DNA of 64,000 nt from contig CM119380.1 in assembly GCA_051294905.1 (NCBI GenBank), positions 22,878,001 through 22,942,000 of the forward strand, given 5' to 3'. A program made the translations under genes and the position numbers. The stretch is from Botryllus schlosseri. Taxonomy: Eukaryota. Positions 22,501-34,848 of the stretch are shown here, piece after piece. Positions within the stretch are counted from its first letter, which is position 1, and every line of letters begins with the position of its first letter. The notes beneath the pieces are model-generated. The model was given only the letters and a program-made list of their open reading frames with translations, had not been told where the DNA came from and did no database searches.

Positions 22501-25500
22501 CTAACGACCAACCAGAGAACTTGGGTTATTATTAGAGCAAATTTTTGTCGCACTGATAAAATCGCGAGAAAGTTGCACTTATTTTTTGCAAAAGTTTCAT
22601 TAAAAAGTTGCATTTATAATTTCTGTTAAATGATTAGAATATGAGATACTCGAAAGGTTCCGTTGTGTAACCTGGATCCTGCGCATAACTGTCAATTTTT
22701 TTACTTTCCAATTTCACGGACGGCCTGGCGAAACCACCAAATATACATTTTTCCCGGTACACTGCAAGAAAATGACGCAATGCGGAAATAATTTCCCCAA
22801 AAAAGTTGAATCTAGTTTTCGGCGGTCTCGCCTAGGCGTTAGTGAAGTGGGGGACGATCTCAAATTTAATTTTTAGAATGATTAAATCGATTCATATAGG
22901 CCTACATATTATTCGGTCACGGTGGTGCTTGGCAGGGGTAGGCTATAGTTGCAGTTCTTGCTTGCGAGCCATTGTGTCACAGATAACAGTGAGATGCAGC
23001 TAGCCCCTCATATAGCTTTGTTTGTAATGCAAATTTGTTATGTATCACAGAGTATATAACTAAACCAGACATAGTTTATAGCATGTTTTCAATCAATCTC
23101 TTGCATTTTTACGTAATATTTGATAAAATTTGCACAAAAAATTGGCATGAAAAATACCGAGTATGTTGCAAAACGTTGCATTATAAAATCCCTCCAAGCA
23201 GCTTAAAACATTATAGCACATAGATTCTGAGTATCTAGAAAGCTGCCGAAAGCTGTAAAAAAGTTGCAAAAGTTGCAAATACTTGCCCCATAGTTATCAT
23301 CAATTAATCAATGTTTTCTTTTGTCATTTAGACACTTGTGCTTGGTTTTAATGACACAAAAGGTTCGATCATTCCGTTTGACAAAGGTGATATATATATA
23401 TAACTTTCAAATACCAAATAGTTTGTAGCGAAGCCAGTAGATTCGACGATTTAATTCTATATTGTCGTAACAGCGGAGAAAGCAGATGAGTTCGTGAAAG
23501 GGTCGCGTGAAGATTCTGCCGCGGAGAAATGCCATCAGACTTTTGACGCAGCTACCAGTTGGCGAGACGATCTATTTTTTATAAAGGTGATTAGCTGATG
23601 ACTGATTTGATGACTTCTCGTTAGCATTTCGTGCCTAACACTATATTTAGAAACGTAAATTTCACCATAGGATACCCGATATTGGAGAGTGCACGATCAT
23701 CAGGTGTATGACGGAATAGAAATGTCTGCGTTTTGGCAAAATTTCCCAAACATTTCACGAGTGGATGCCGCGTTTCCGCAACCGAATAGTGGGAGCATAG
23801 TCTTCATATCAGGTGAGTGTCGCCGTATTGACATGCATGGGACGATAGTCCGGTAAGCTTTTGTTAGTTCATCTCAGTTGTTCGCGAATTTGCAACTTTC
23901 GGGGTTGCATAATACCGCCGACATTGTCGAGACTCGCGTGTAGTGAATGCTGTTGTGGATATTTGTAGAATTTCCTGATACAATTCCGAAATTTGAGACA
24001 GAAGACATGTCTGTGAGCCTACTTTTCACGATACGGTTTATTCAGTTGAAGTATGTTCTAGTGCAGTGGTTCTCAACCGCCGGTCCGCGGACTGGTGCGG
24101 TTCCTTGACAAGTTTCCTGTCGGTCCGCCAGATATATTAGAATTTAATATCTCAATTCCAAAATGCAAGAAGTTGCGTGCCTGTCCATTGATTAAAGAAA
24201 TAGAACTGGAACTTTGAATATATTTAGAAGTGAGGGTCGTATTTTTTCATGGCGTCGAAATAGCGAGTTCATGGTTTACTTCTAAAGGCGTCCATCACAA
24301 TAGTACAAAAGTTATGAGAAAGTGTCAGAAAGCAGCCTACGACGCGTTTCGGACAAGTTATACGTGAGAGCTACGGAGACTCCAAAACAAACTTCAATTA
24401 AGCAACTCTGGGCTGCATAATACAGCATATAGCAAATTCAAATTCACAATAAAGTTAGTGGTCTTTAACAGAACTTCACCTTGTAGAAACTTCAATAGAA
24501 CCTCGTAGAAATATCTGGTATCAAAAAGGCATTATTAAATGGAGTTTCCAATATTATATTCAAGTTGAGTAGAGAAAAGTGTACCTATGTTTGATGCGAC
24601 CATATAGTGACTATACACGCACTTGCTCAAGTATCAGGACAAGCAGTCTTTCTTAATCATTTGTTCGACCCAAGCAGCTAGCTACACTACATATACTAAA
24701 CTACAAAAAATTGTCAAGTGGGAAGGAAGCAGTGTTTCCTTATATTTACATCAATTTAACGATTTTACAAAACCACACGATGTATTTACTCTGTCACAGA
24801 ATCATGGTATAAATCCAAAAATTGCATCAATTTGTGACTGCATCGCAAAGATGCATATTGCGATTTTCTTCCTCTATGCAACTGAATTATATAATTTGCA
24901 AACAATGTCCAATTTTATCTATAGTATATCGTTACTAAAAACTGTGATTGATGGTACATAGTAATCTTATTTTAGTTATTATTAGCAATCTAAACCGACT
25001 CCAGAGCCCCGGTCAGTGGCCCATTGGTCAGTATGAAATTTTCTATTTTGTGTGTTCACTTGTTTTTGTTATCTTTTTGAACTACGTAACAAATTTGTCT
25101 ATTGTCAAATTTGTCCCTACAATTGCAGGAGCGTCGTACTGGACGTATACGGGTCCGTACGCCGCGGAACCACCACCCCGTCCGACTAGCGACTTTGGTG
25201 TACACCAGAATGACACTATCCGTGCCGCTTATTACTGGGAAGGCAATACAAGGATATATCTTATTGGCACGAATCAATACTGGAGCATAAACCTCGTGAG
25301 AATCATACGGTTCGAAACTGTTGATGGTTACAATATTCTATGATTACTCTTTTCGGGCAGGATTTGAAACCTGTACCGGGCTATCCAAAAGATTTGAATA
25401 CCATTGGAGGTCTTCCACGTCAGCTGGATGCTGCTTTCGGTAAGGGGGAAGAAGTCTACTTCTTGGAAGGACAAAAAGCTTGGCGTTTGAACCTTGATAA

Positions 25501-25696
25501 ACTTGAAGTTGACGCTGACGACGTAATCAATGTGGCATCTCGATGGCTCGGATGCCCTAAAATTGAGACCAGCACCACTCATTCTAGCGTAATCGAAAAC
25601 ACTACAAGTAGCTGCAGAGGACTCGTTGGTAGCGCTATCGATGCGATCACATCATTGATTTTTTGTGCTATACTAGTGTTCTCGACGTACGTTTGA
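19573..25696 (+). CDS. MMP-type hemopexin-repeat protein with signal peptide and C-terminal hydrophobic (GPI-like) tail; no catalytic domain found
   Basis: Exons 19573-19656 (signal peptide MLSLSCVFIQIIVATLGAS), 23332-23386, 23474-23586 (CHQTFDAATSWRDDLFFIK), 23671-23812 (YWRV..FWQNFPNISRVDAAF), 25129-25295 (IRAAYYWEGNTRIYLIGTNQYW), 25361-25696 (GYPKDLNTIGGLPRQLDAAF..VYFLEGQKAW..WLGC, then a hydrophobic end). Splice phases match. The link to exon 1 is inferred. Confidence 0.8.
20998..21511. mobile_element. Charlie-like hAT MITE in intron 1 of the hemopexin gene
   Basis: Termini CAGGGACGGGCAAC...GTTGCCCACCCCTG. Flanks CTGTATGT / CTGTATGC match at 7/8 positions. Confidence 0.8.
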
Positions 25697-27418
25697 ATTG
25701 TACCGATTGCAATATGCATGTACAATGTACTAAATATATACTGTACCCGCAATGTTGAGACAGATAGATAGCCTACAAGTCAATATTTTCCAACCAATTT
25801 TGTGAGGCAACCCCACAAGGAAATCAGCGATATCTCATGACCCCTCTGCGGATCACATTTTTGTTTCATTTTAGTAAGATCAAATAATATGGATTTTACA
25901 TTATCTCATACATTTTCGACTAGGACTGGTTGTGAGAAGACTGGCTAAGAGCAACTTTTAAATTTGTGTCAACGTATTCAATAAAGTCCAATAGCCTCAC
26001 ATTCTCAACGACTTTATTACGTTTCTTGCCTTGGCGGTGAAGTACATGTGTGCTGAAAATCGCTCTAGGAAAGACTCGTTTGCTGAAACTACCTTCAACG
26101 ACATATTTTAGACAGGCTAGCTAGAAATGCAAATGAAAAATTCAATCAGATTCAATTCAAAAGATCGCGTGGATGTCCTGAATATTCGACACACCTAAAT
26201 TCGATAGTAATCTCGACAAATGGGCTGGGAAACACTGGTGTATAGTATGCTGTATAGGTGGCCTTCATGATATGATATGCATATATGAGCTAATGTAAAC
26301 AATAGTCATTAATATATTAGTCGCTGCACTTGATTATGTTAAATCTTGGGGCCACACTAGATTCCGTGTATTTTCTTCGTGCCATATAAGGTAGTGTTCC
26401 TTAACCTTGTCGCCAGCACCTCCCAAGAGCCCGTATATAGCCAAATACAATTATAGAATTAATTAGTCGAGTGGTCCTCGGGCGCGATTGAAGCTATTTC
26501 CAATAGTGAAGTCCCAACCCGAAAAGACCGATCGGCCTTTGAACTCTCACCCCTTCTTTAAATTACCGTAGTGAAACGACGCAAAAGTGTGACTCGACAT
26601 TAATCCGTATCAACCTCATGTTGCAGGTTCGTATCACAATTCATTCGGCCTATATTCCGCATAACTCTAGTGTCTAGATGCCGAGACCACATCTTCAATA
26701 CGATGTCAGTGAGATTTTTCGAGACGAACGAATACATACAACATAACATATGCTACAGTTAAGTCAGGCTTAGTAGTTGTATGCAACCGTCGGGTTATCA
26801 TTTCCGCACTTAACCTCGCGACTCAAGTGCCACGTCACTAGTACAAGTCGAGTGCTCTGAACGTGGATACCAGAACGAATCGGTCAAGCGTGGCGATAGC
26901 GGAATAGATCGGTCGATAGCCCAGCCTTGCGTGGAGATATAGTAGTATTCTACAGCTGTAACATTGTAACAACGGTGGCTTGTGAGTCCGACTCCTCCAT
27001 TCTATCTCAGCTATGCAGGTTTATACATGCTCCTCGCCATCCGATCTGTGTAAGCGCTGTCTTACAAATCCCTAGAATGAAAGTGCCTGGTGGCTTACGA
27101 ATCACGATGTGACATGACATCTGATGTCGAAACGCCACGAGGGCCAAACTGCTAACACAAGTGCTACCTCACCAAACCTAGCAAACGCACGAAGAGAGCT
27201 TGTTGATTTATACGAAAGTTTCCCCCGGATCGCTTTATTCGTAAAATATCAACCCGACATTATTGCAGCTTCATTATTTTCAGTGGCGCTTCATCCAGGA
27301 ACTAACGCTGGAGTACTATGGCAACAAGGTACAAGTAAACAACACTAACGATAGCCAGCATGCGTCGACACCACTGACATCACATATATTCCTATATTGT
27401 CCCGTCACAGGTCCCTGC

Positions 27419-27513
27419 TCAAAGTTCGGATTTGGTCTCGCCGTCCTCTGCCTTTTCGGTCTTTTCCGGTTCCTCTTCTTTCTTCTCTTCAGCGGCCGGT
27501 TCGTCTTTTTTCT
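27419..27513 (-). CDS. Alternative terminal exon of CRELD encoding an acidic tail ending KSEL-stop (soluble CRELD2-like isoform)
   Basis: Acceptor ctgttag precedes a phase-1 exon reading (E)KKDEPAAEEKKEEEPEKTEKAEDGETKSEL*. It matches the phase-1 donor G|GTGAGC at 27865/27864 inside the TM-coding exon. Confidence 0.75.
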
Positions 27514-27625
27514 CTAACAGGTAGAAAAGAACGAGGTTGTTCACGAGAACGTACACGACACGCAACGAGACACACGACTACAGGCAGGGCTACATGAAGA
27601 CAGACACGAGATTTATTACGTAACA

Positions 27626-30399
27626 CTACAGTTCTCGGTGGTGTTTCGTAAAATGATCCATCAACTGGTCGGACTTGTCTGCGGCCCACCACAGGCCGGC
27701 GCATAACAAACTAACAAAAAACAGGGCTGTCCATATCAAATCGCCTTTCGCGGCAGCGGTCCCAATCAAGCAGATCACGAACGCTACTGCAAGCCGTTTG
27801 ATATCTTCGTCGCTAAGGCTGTCGCTGGCCGGTTCAACGGCGTCGCCGGTTTCTACACGCTCACCCTCTGGTTTTCCTTCTTGTTTTGCTTTGTCTGCAC
27901 CTGGAACAACACGCGACACCGGTGCCATCCTCGAGTATATGTTAGGGTCTGGCTGGCACTGGCCGGTGGATTCGTCTCGGCGGAAATACCTTGCGCATTC
28001 GCAACGGTAATGACCCATGGTGTTGACGCATACTTCGTACATTCCGAGGCAAATAGCTCCGCTCGAACACTCATCGATATCTGCGCAATCGTCTCAAATC
28101 AGTACACGCAAACCCACAAACAATATTCCGCAACCACACCGCTACACATGTCCAGTTTACAGAGCATATATCCGTTGCGATATATAGTCGGGCTAATTGC
28201 GCTCTACGAGCGATATCCAGGAAGCTACAAAATTCTAGGCTGATGAAGCTAACATAGAAAGTAAAGATTGTTTCCTTAAGCATGTTTAATGTTTATAGAT
28301 ATTACCCAACTGACAGCGCCAATTTTCGTTAGCGTGATAGAATTTCCTGACGTTAAACAGGCTAATTGCGAATGAACATGAATGTGTGATGGTGCCTAAC
28401 CACCTCACGGGTCACGCAGCAGATGTTGAAGTGATTCGAGCGTGACTGTGAATCTACATGAAATCTGAACCTTCTATACTTTGGCTGTAACGAAGGTTAT
28501 GAATCAATCAACTTTGCGTTCCAGCACCTTGGCACATGTACGGCATCGTCATAATCGCCCCCCTAATGCACTCCTGACAGTGAGAGGGTCCGGGTCCGAA
28601 GCAAGTTTCGCACAAAGGACTGCATTCTAGGACGGTAAACGCACTACTGTAACTTGGTAGCTTGAAGGATTAGTTTCAAAGTTCTACCGACAGGAACACA
28701 CGACAAAGTAGCTATTGCACGACACCTATACGTGACCTTGGCAGACAAATGGTTGACGCATGATCAATCCTGCTTTGCAACCAAAGCAATTTGTGTGGAG
28801 AGGGCCGTAGCACTTAGTGCAAAATGGATGGCATCTCCAAGCTGAAAACAAGCAGATACATACCAACAATGGGTATTTACGTGGTCACAAGCACACTCAT
28901 TCCTCCAAAGTTCATTCTCACACAGCTCATTAACACACATGTAATCGATATGATCATCATGTCAATTCATTGAACCGTGGTTCATTTGGAAACCGCGACA
29001 CAGTCACACCAGTATTCATATTTGATCCACCACACCGAATGGCGAACGGAATAGTGATTATGAGTGATGGACACTATACATCCTGAGATAATTCTTGGTA
29101 GGTAAACGATAAACTGTTTTTCTACTCGCTGAGAATAGGTTTTATGCTGGCGCAGGAAAGTATATTACCTTCACAGCTGTAAGATCCTTCGTTGTTGAGG
29201 CAGTAAGTTCCGACCGAGCACAAGTTTTTCTTCTCTACACATTCATTGATATCGGTACATTTGATTTCGTCTTCGTTATCAATGTTTTCTTCTTGCCTGA
29301 AGCCGGCTTTGCATGTGATACACTCGTTGGATTTGTTGCCTTTGCATGTTGCGCAGGAATTATGACACACTGCATCATCGTAAAAATTCGGTTAGGGAAA
29401 TCATGGAAACTCAATGGAATGGGAAAGTTTCAACCTACATGAGCACATGATGTAAGTGTCATTTCTGAATGTTTCAAAATGTCCTTCGCCACAGTCGTTG
29501 CAGAGTTCGCCTCCGTATCCTTCGTTGCAAATGCATTCTCCGGTTCCCTCTTTATCTCCGTCACCCTGAAAATGGGATTGAATAGTGGATCAAATGAGGA
29601 TGAAGTCCACAAAACAATGTCGATTCTACTTACGGAACATGTTCCACGTCCATAGCAGATCTTTCCAGAGTCTCCTTTTGGACATTCTAAATTGTCAAAA
29701 AAATTCATTGAGCAAGGACCGAGACTGTATGTTTACTACATTCATTTGTACCTTGGCATTCTGGTCCAAAGGTGCCTTCGGGGCAGCACACTGATAAAAA
29801 AACAAAGAATTATGCTGTCGTTGCAATTTGTCAATAGTAACAATGTTCGTCATACTAACCTTCAGCTTCTTGAACACAAAGATAGTCGTAAAGGGACATA
29901 TCATCTTGTCTAGAACAAAATTATTCACAGATTTGGTGAAGAGGTTTTGCTTGAACTGGTTTAAAATACTCACAATTTATTGTACCATTCATAGATTGAG
30001 TCTTCCTTTTCTTCAAGAAGAGCATTGCACTTGTGATTGTCTTTCGAGCAAGCATATGTTTCCAAAACTTCTACGAGTCTGGTTTCACTAGTTTTATATT
30101 TTCCTAATTTTTTCTCCTCCCAGGCTACATCCCCGCCTTCAAAATTCTTCTTTTTTGTTTTGTCTAATCCCTGGATAAGTGAATATTTTGATAAGATATT
30201 CCGGTGACACAATAAAGCATACGGTAGGATACAGCACAAGTGCAAGTAGATTGAATTATGTGTTAAAAGATATTGCAGTACTTACATCGAGAATTCCTTT
30301 AGCAAGAGTTTTGCAATTTTCACATTTGTTGTCTGCTGAGGCGATCAGCACAAATGCTGATACCAGTGCAAGTACGAGAAGTTGACTTGATTTATTCAT
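27626..30399 (-). CDS. CRELD1: CRELD (cysteine-rich with EGF-like domains) protein, transmembrane CRELD1-like isoform
   Basis: Exons (-): 30399-30286 (signal peptide, KCENCK CxxC), 30170-29974 (NFEGGDVAWEEKKLGKYKTSETRLVEVLE, the WE domain), 29909-29860, 29790-29752 (CCPEGTFGPEC), 29686-29634, 29565-29439, 29369-29169, 28841-28737, 28626-28528, 28080-27626 (DIDEC EGF, then LAVAFVICLIGTAAAKGDLIWTALF, matching the CRELD1 two-TM region). All splice phases are consistent. Confidence 0.92.
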
Positions 30400-32479
30400 G
30401 ATTTACCAATAACGGGAATATATCTATATATGAATTAATGTCTAATATCTGTGTGTTGAGTTCATAATAATTGACATATTAATATTGGGTACAAATCAAC
30501 TACGCAATCAATCATGATATAGCATGACTTCTGATACAACACGACATAGCATGTATGTCAATCACACATCAACTACGCCAACATTAATGCAAAAAGTCCC
30601 CAACTATTTCAATCCAAAACAGACCAAATTCGTGCAAATAGTTTTAGTCAGAACAAAACTTTGACGACGATGACAACTACTGCAAAACAACTTTTTCTGT
30701 TCATGTTGTATATTTTATTATTCATCATCCGGAAGTATAATTCCCACGTAGGTTTGTCGCAGTACGCACTCAACCATGCGATAACTTGTATATAAAGTAA
30801 AATAATAGCTCAGTGTCGCACACGCCTTGTCCTACCCCATTCGTTAATTCAAAATGACGTTATAAGTTGATGATCAATTTAAAAATTAACTTTATTGTTA
30901 ATCATGCAATATAATATTAGGAATTTTCGCAATATTTTCGGTACGCTAGCTAGAGATAGAGAACAATCACTTTTTTGAAACTGCCAGATTTGGTACTGTC
31001 GCTCATTGTAACCCCGAGCTAAATATTGTTCCATCTTCGTGCGAGTTGGTAACGATATTCAAAGTTAATATTCGCATTCACATATAGATTCTTGGTATAT
31101 ATCTTTTCCTATAATTATATATTCCAGTGATCTAAATCGACCAAAACTTAGTATACCATGCTCTGTCGTTGTCCGACTTGTAATATAAAAATACCTTGAA
31201 AACTGCTATATCACCCTAACCAGATGACGACGAGATTCCGAATAAGGTCCAGCGTTCAGGCGTATGTACTTATTGGCCAGGATGTTCATGCGTGGATTTA
31301 TTGATTTTCACGTCACGCCGGTCGAGTGTCCTCACATATGCTATGAGATGAGGCTGGCCAACCAATGAAAAACTGACAAATTTGTTCGAGTATAACGGAT
31401 AGGAGTCAAGGACGCCGGCTGCGCACGCTGAGCGCTTGGAATAAACACGTGTTTCAATTAATCGTATGAAACCCATTGCTCTGTTTCACAATTAAATATA
31501 ATTTTATTGCCAACCTACTTGAAGTTGATACTCGACTGAAGGCTTCGTGTACTGATATGGGAGTTTTTCTGATTGGTTCGGCAGTTAGCAATTAGGACAA
31601 TGACGTGTCTATGATGTCGCGAAATTCCTTCATTTTTAGACATTAACATGTAGGCTGCTCTTGTGATAATATTCGTTCAACTAGGGCAGGATCGGCAACT
31701 GCAGCGCGCCGAAATATATCAATGTCAAAATATTACCAACTGGCGTGCCAAACAGTTTTTGTTTTGTAACATTTATCGTTTAAAGCCTGGAATCCCACCA
31801 ACCGCTTATCTGAAGCTGACAGCGGTATCGGTTAGGCCAACACTAATGGTTTTCAAAGTATTGTTGGCGTACGGCAGGGGTGGCCAAGCTGCGGCCGTAG
31901 AACGAAATTTGTGCGGCCGTTGTTGACACGTAATTCAATTAGTATGCGCCGGCGGCCGTCGACTTGCAATTTGAATTTACGAATTGACTCCCTAATTTTT
32001 GAGATATTTTGATTATTCTTGTAATTTTCTTCGCTGCGCGTGATTCAATGCTGCTATATTTTTCAATTTTAATATAGTAGGCTAACGTCCTTTGCAATCC
32101 GAGCCCCACAGACTCCCACAGTACATATGCGATCAGCAGAGGAAAATGATGCGCCTCATATAGAAATACCAACTTGGAATCGTGTGCTCCTCGCGAAAGA
32201 AATTTGTTTCTGGTACGTTTGGGCGACTACAATATCTGTCTACTATACCGAAAATACCGATGGCAGGTCAAGAAATAACAGCATGCAACAAAGTTACTAA
32301 TGAACAATTGGCCCATTCGAAGATGTATCATCATGTATAACTAGCCCTAAATTTTCGAAAACACCCCTTCCATCAACTCCACTGGGGAATCTGCTCACAT
32401 TGACTGAGAAAGGATAGATTTTTTAAGGTAAAAAGGGAAACTACTAGTATCAATGACGAAATTCAATCGTGAATAAGAA

Positions 32480-32900
32480 TTTTTTTCGCGCTTCGCGTGA
32501 ACGAACATGGCTTATACCGAATCCCGATATCTGTTCAACAACAACAACAACAAAAATCATTGGGTTATAATTTTCATCTGAACAAGTTACACACAATGCG
32601 ATAAGACACAATGCGATGTAATGAACAGATAGGAGAATGCCGAACGACACGCATCAGTAGCGATCCTTTACTTTAACATCCACCTCGGCCTAGAGTGCCC
32701 GATGTCACAGTTCTTAACGATGTTGATCGTTTTTGAAGCCGCGGTCCTTTCTACTAGTTCTTTCCATTCCTTGTGAGTGCTTTCTTTCTTCGGGTCTTTT
32801 TTCTGGGCGGGGGAAGAGGAGCCCAGATGAACCTCTGATGGGAATCGAACCCGGTCCACCAACTTAGTATAGGCACTTATCGTTACCACTGTGCTACCTC
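32480..32900 (-). mobile_element. tRNA-derived SINE, family 2
   Basis: The minus strand reads GGTAGCACAGTGG (A box)..GGGTTCGATTCCC (B box), then the core ACTGTGACATCGGGCA..CGAGGTGGATG..TCGTTCGGCA, then CAGATGAAA and a (TTG)n tail. A homologous copy lies at 36890-37290 (+). Confidence 0.7.
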
Positions 32901-34441
32901 CCCCGCATATTAACACTACCATTATACCACTAGCGATTTCGGTGGTGCGCATAGTAAGCCGATATGCATAAATAGATTTGTCCGGAATTCACCGGAAATT
33001 GACATGGGCAGATTAACATGGGTATTGGGAGTCCAGTTAGTTCTACAATGCCCTGGAATGCGGCCGCAGGCTACACGAGAAATCGAAATGCGACCGTGAA
33101 TAGCACAAAGGTTGTCCACCTCTGGCGTAGGGTATAAATTTTGGTCGATACCGCACTATAGAGCTATTGTTCAAATGTTCAATCTACGTAATATTTATTT
33201 CATTTATTGGGAAAAAATTGAGCCAAGATCGATCTTCTGTGGTTGCTATGGTCGCTTCCAAATCTACCGTGTTCGGTACCATAGCCAATAAGTCATGCGT
33301 GCACCAAAGTTGTCACAACGATTATGGCCTGACCTGCTATAATCTGCCCAGTGCCCGCCCCTGTATCATACAAGTGACTTTGATGTTACACTAAAGTAAG
33401 TATGACACTATAGGTTTTTCTGCAAAGCACTTAAGATATCAGTAGGCCTACCGCGGTAAAGATTGATTGCCTTTGCTCCAAATGTATTGGGATCACTTAC
33501 ACGTACAAGAAGAAACTAAAATAATATCTCCGTTTGTAAGATATACACCATTCCAAATTCCATTTCATCACGGGCTCATTATTTTCCTCTGTGGGTTTCA
33601 TTTGCACCGTGCTGCTCAGGCTGCGGGAAGTGGGCACAGGACTATTCGGCGTCTGTCCGTACATATCAATATCGAAAATTTCGGCCAATATACGCGATTG
33701 TTATATTTCAAGGCTTGATCGCCGCCAATCATTTTGTCACAGTCAAGAAATGGGGGGTAGGGGTCAATAAATCAATGTACATGATATCGCCCCAGCGCGG
33801 AGAAAATACCCAAGATAAACATAAAATAACATAAAAGGCTCTTTAGTAGAGTAGGCTGCGGAAAAGTAACTGGGATTAGGCTTCTAGTCGCGCGGAACGC
33901 GAAAACTTTGCGCGACCCCTTGAATGAATTTAGCCGATAATGTTGGTAGTTTCACATATTAGGGTCAAAATTTAATCAATTCTCAGTCCACGTGATCAGA
34001 TTAGCCAATGGAGCTGATGGAGGGTGTCTTCGACAAATTTCGGCTCAAAATTAATGATGACGCATATTTTCCGGTTTCCGGTTCGCGCCAAGCGCGAAGA
34101 AAACGGGATTGTAATCTTTCAAAGATTTGGGAACGAATTCGTAAATTAAAATTGCATATTGATGGCGGCCAACACGCGCTGATTTGACTGTGTGTAGATG
34201 CCGTGTGGTTACGGTCTTACGCGGCTTCATGCGGGCGTGGCCTACAATCGAAACCAGCAAAGGCTGCGGCCTATTGTAAATTATAATGAGGATTAGCGAG
34301 GATGCAACGTATAAGAAATGCTTGAAGTTACCGGACCACTATCTAACACAGTGGTTCTCAAACTCGACCCTCGAGACCCGCTGGCTATACGCCCATACAA
34401 TTATGTTCACTGCGCTATACGTATAAGCTTGCCGTAGGAAG

Positions 34442-34848
34442 TAGTGCGGAGCGGATCGACAAATTCTCTGGTCCGACTCCGATCCGGTTTGCCAATTCTC
34501 TGGTCCGGCTCCGATCAGGCTACGGCCGTATCAGGTAAAAGTACTGATCCGACTCCCGCCAAAAATGAAAAAATCCGGCCTAACACGGTACGGTGGTTCC
34601 GTGAATTCAAAAATATTGCTTGTTCTTTTCGCACTTGCTTGGTGGCTACTTGCGTGTGGTTGGTTGGTAATTATTTAGTTACAAACGACATGCGCATCCA
34701 TGACGATTCTGGCCTCATCAAAAAAAGTACTGATCCGGCTGCGATCCGGCTCCGGCCGTATCAGAAAAAGTACTGATCCGGCTCCGATCCGGTCCGGCCA
34801 AAATTGAAAAAATACGGCCGGATATCCAATCCGGCTCCGGTCTGTGCT
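34442..34848. mobile_element. MITE-like element with CCGATCCGG subterminal repeats
   Basis: Multiple tccgatccgg and agtactgatccg units occur at both ends. TIRs are imperfect. GTAGGAAG occurs near both flanks. Confidence 0.55.

Noticed and set aside
29956-29973. Apparent 18-nt intron (gtgagt..aaccag) in CRELD
   Set aside because: The acceptor at 29910 gives a normal 64-nt intron and the homologous peptide QDDMSLYDYLCVQE.
33497-33688. ORF MAEIFDIDM resembling the S6 kinase TOS motif
   Set aside because: The start is TTG rather than ATG, no kinase exons follow, and the segment belongs to the inverted duplication described above.
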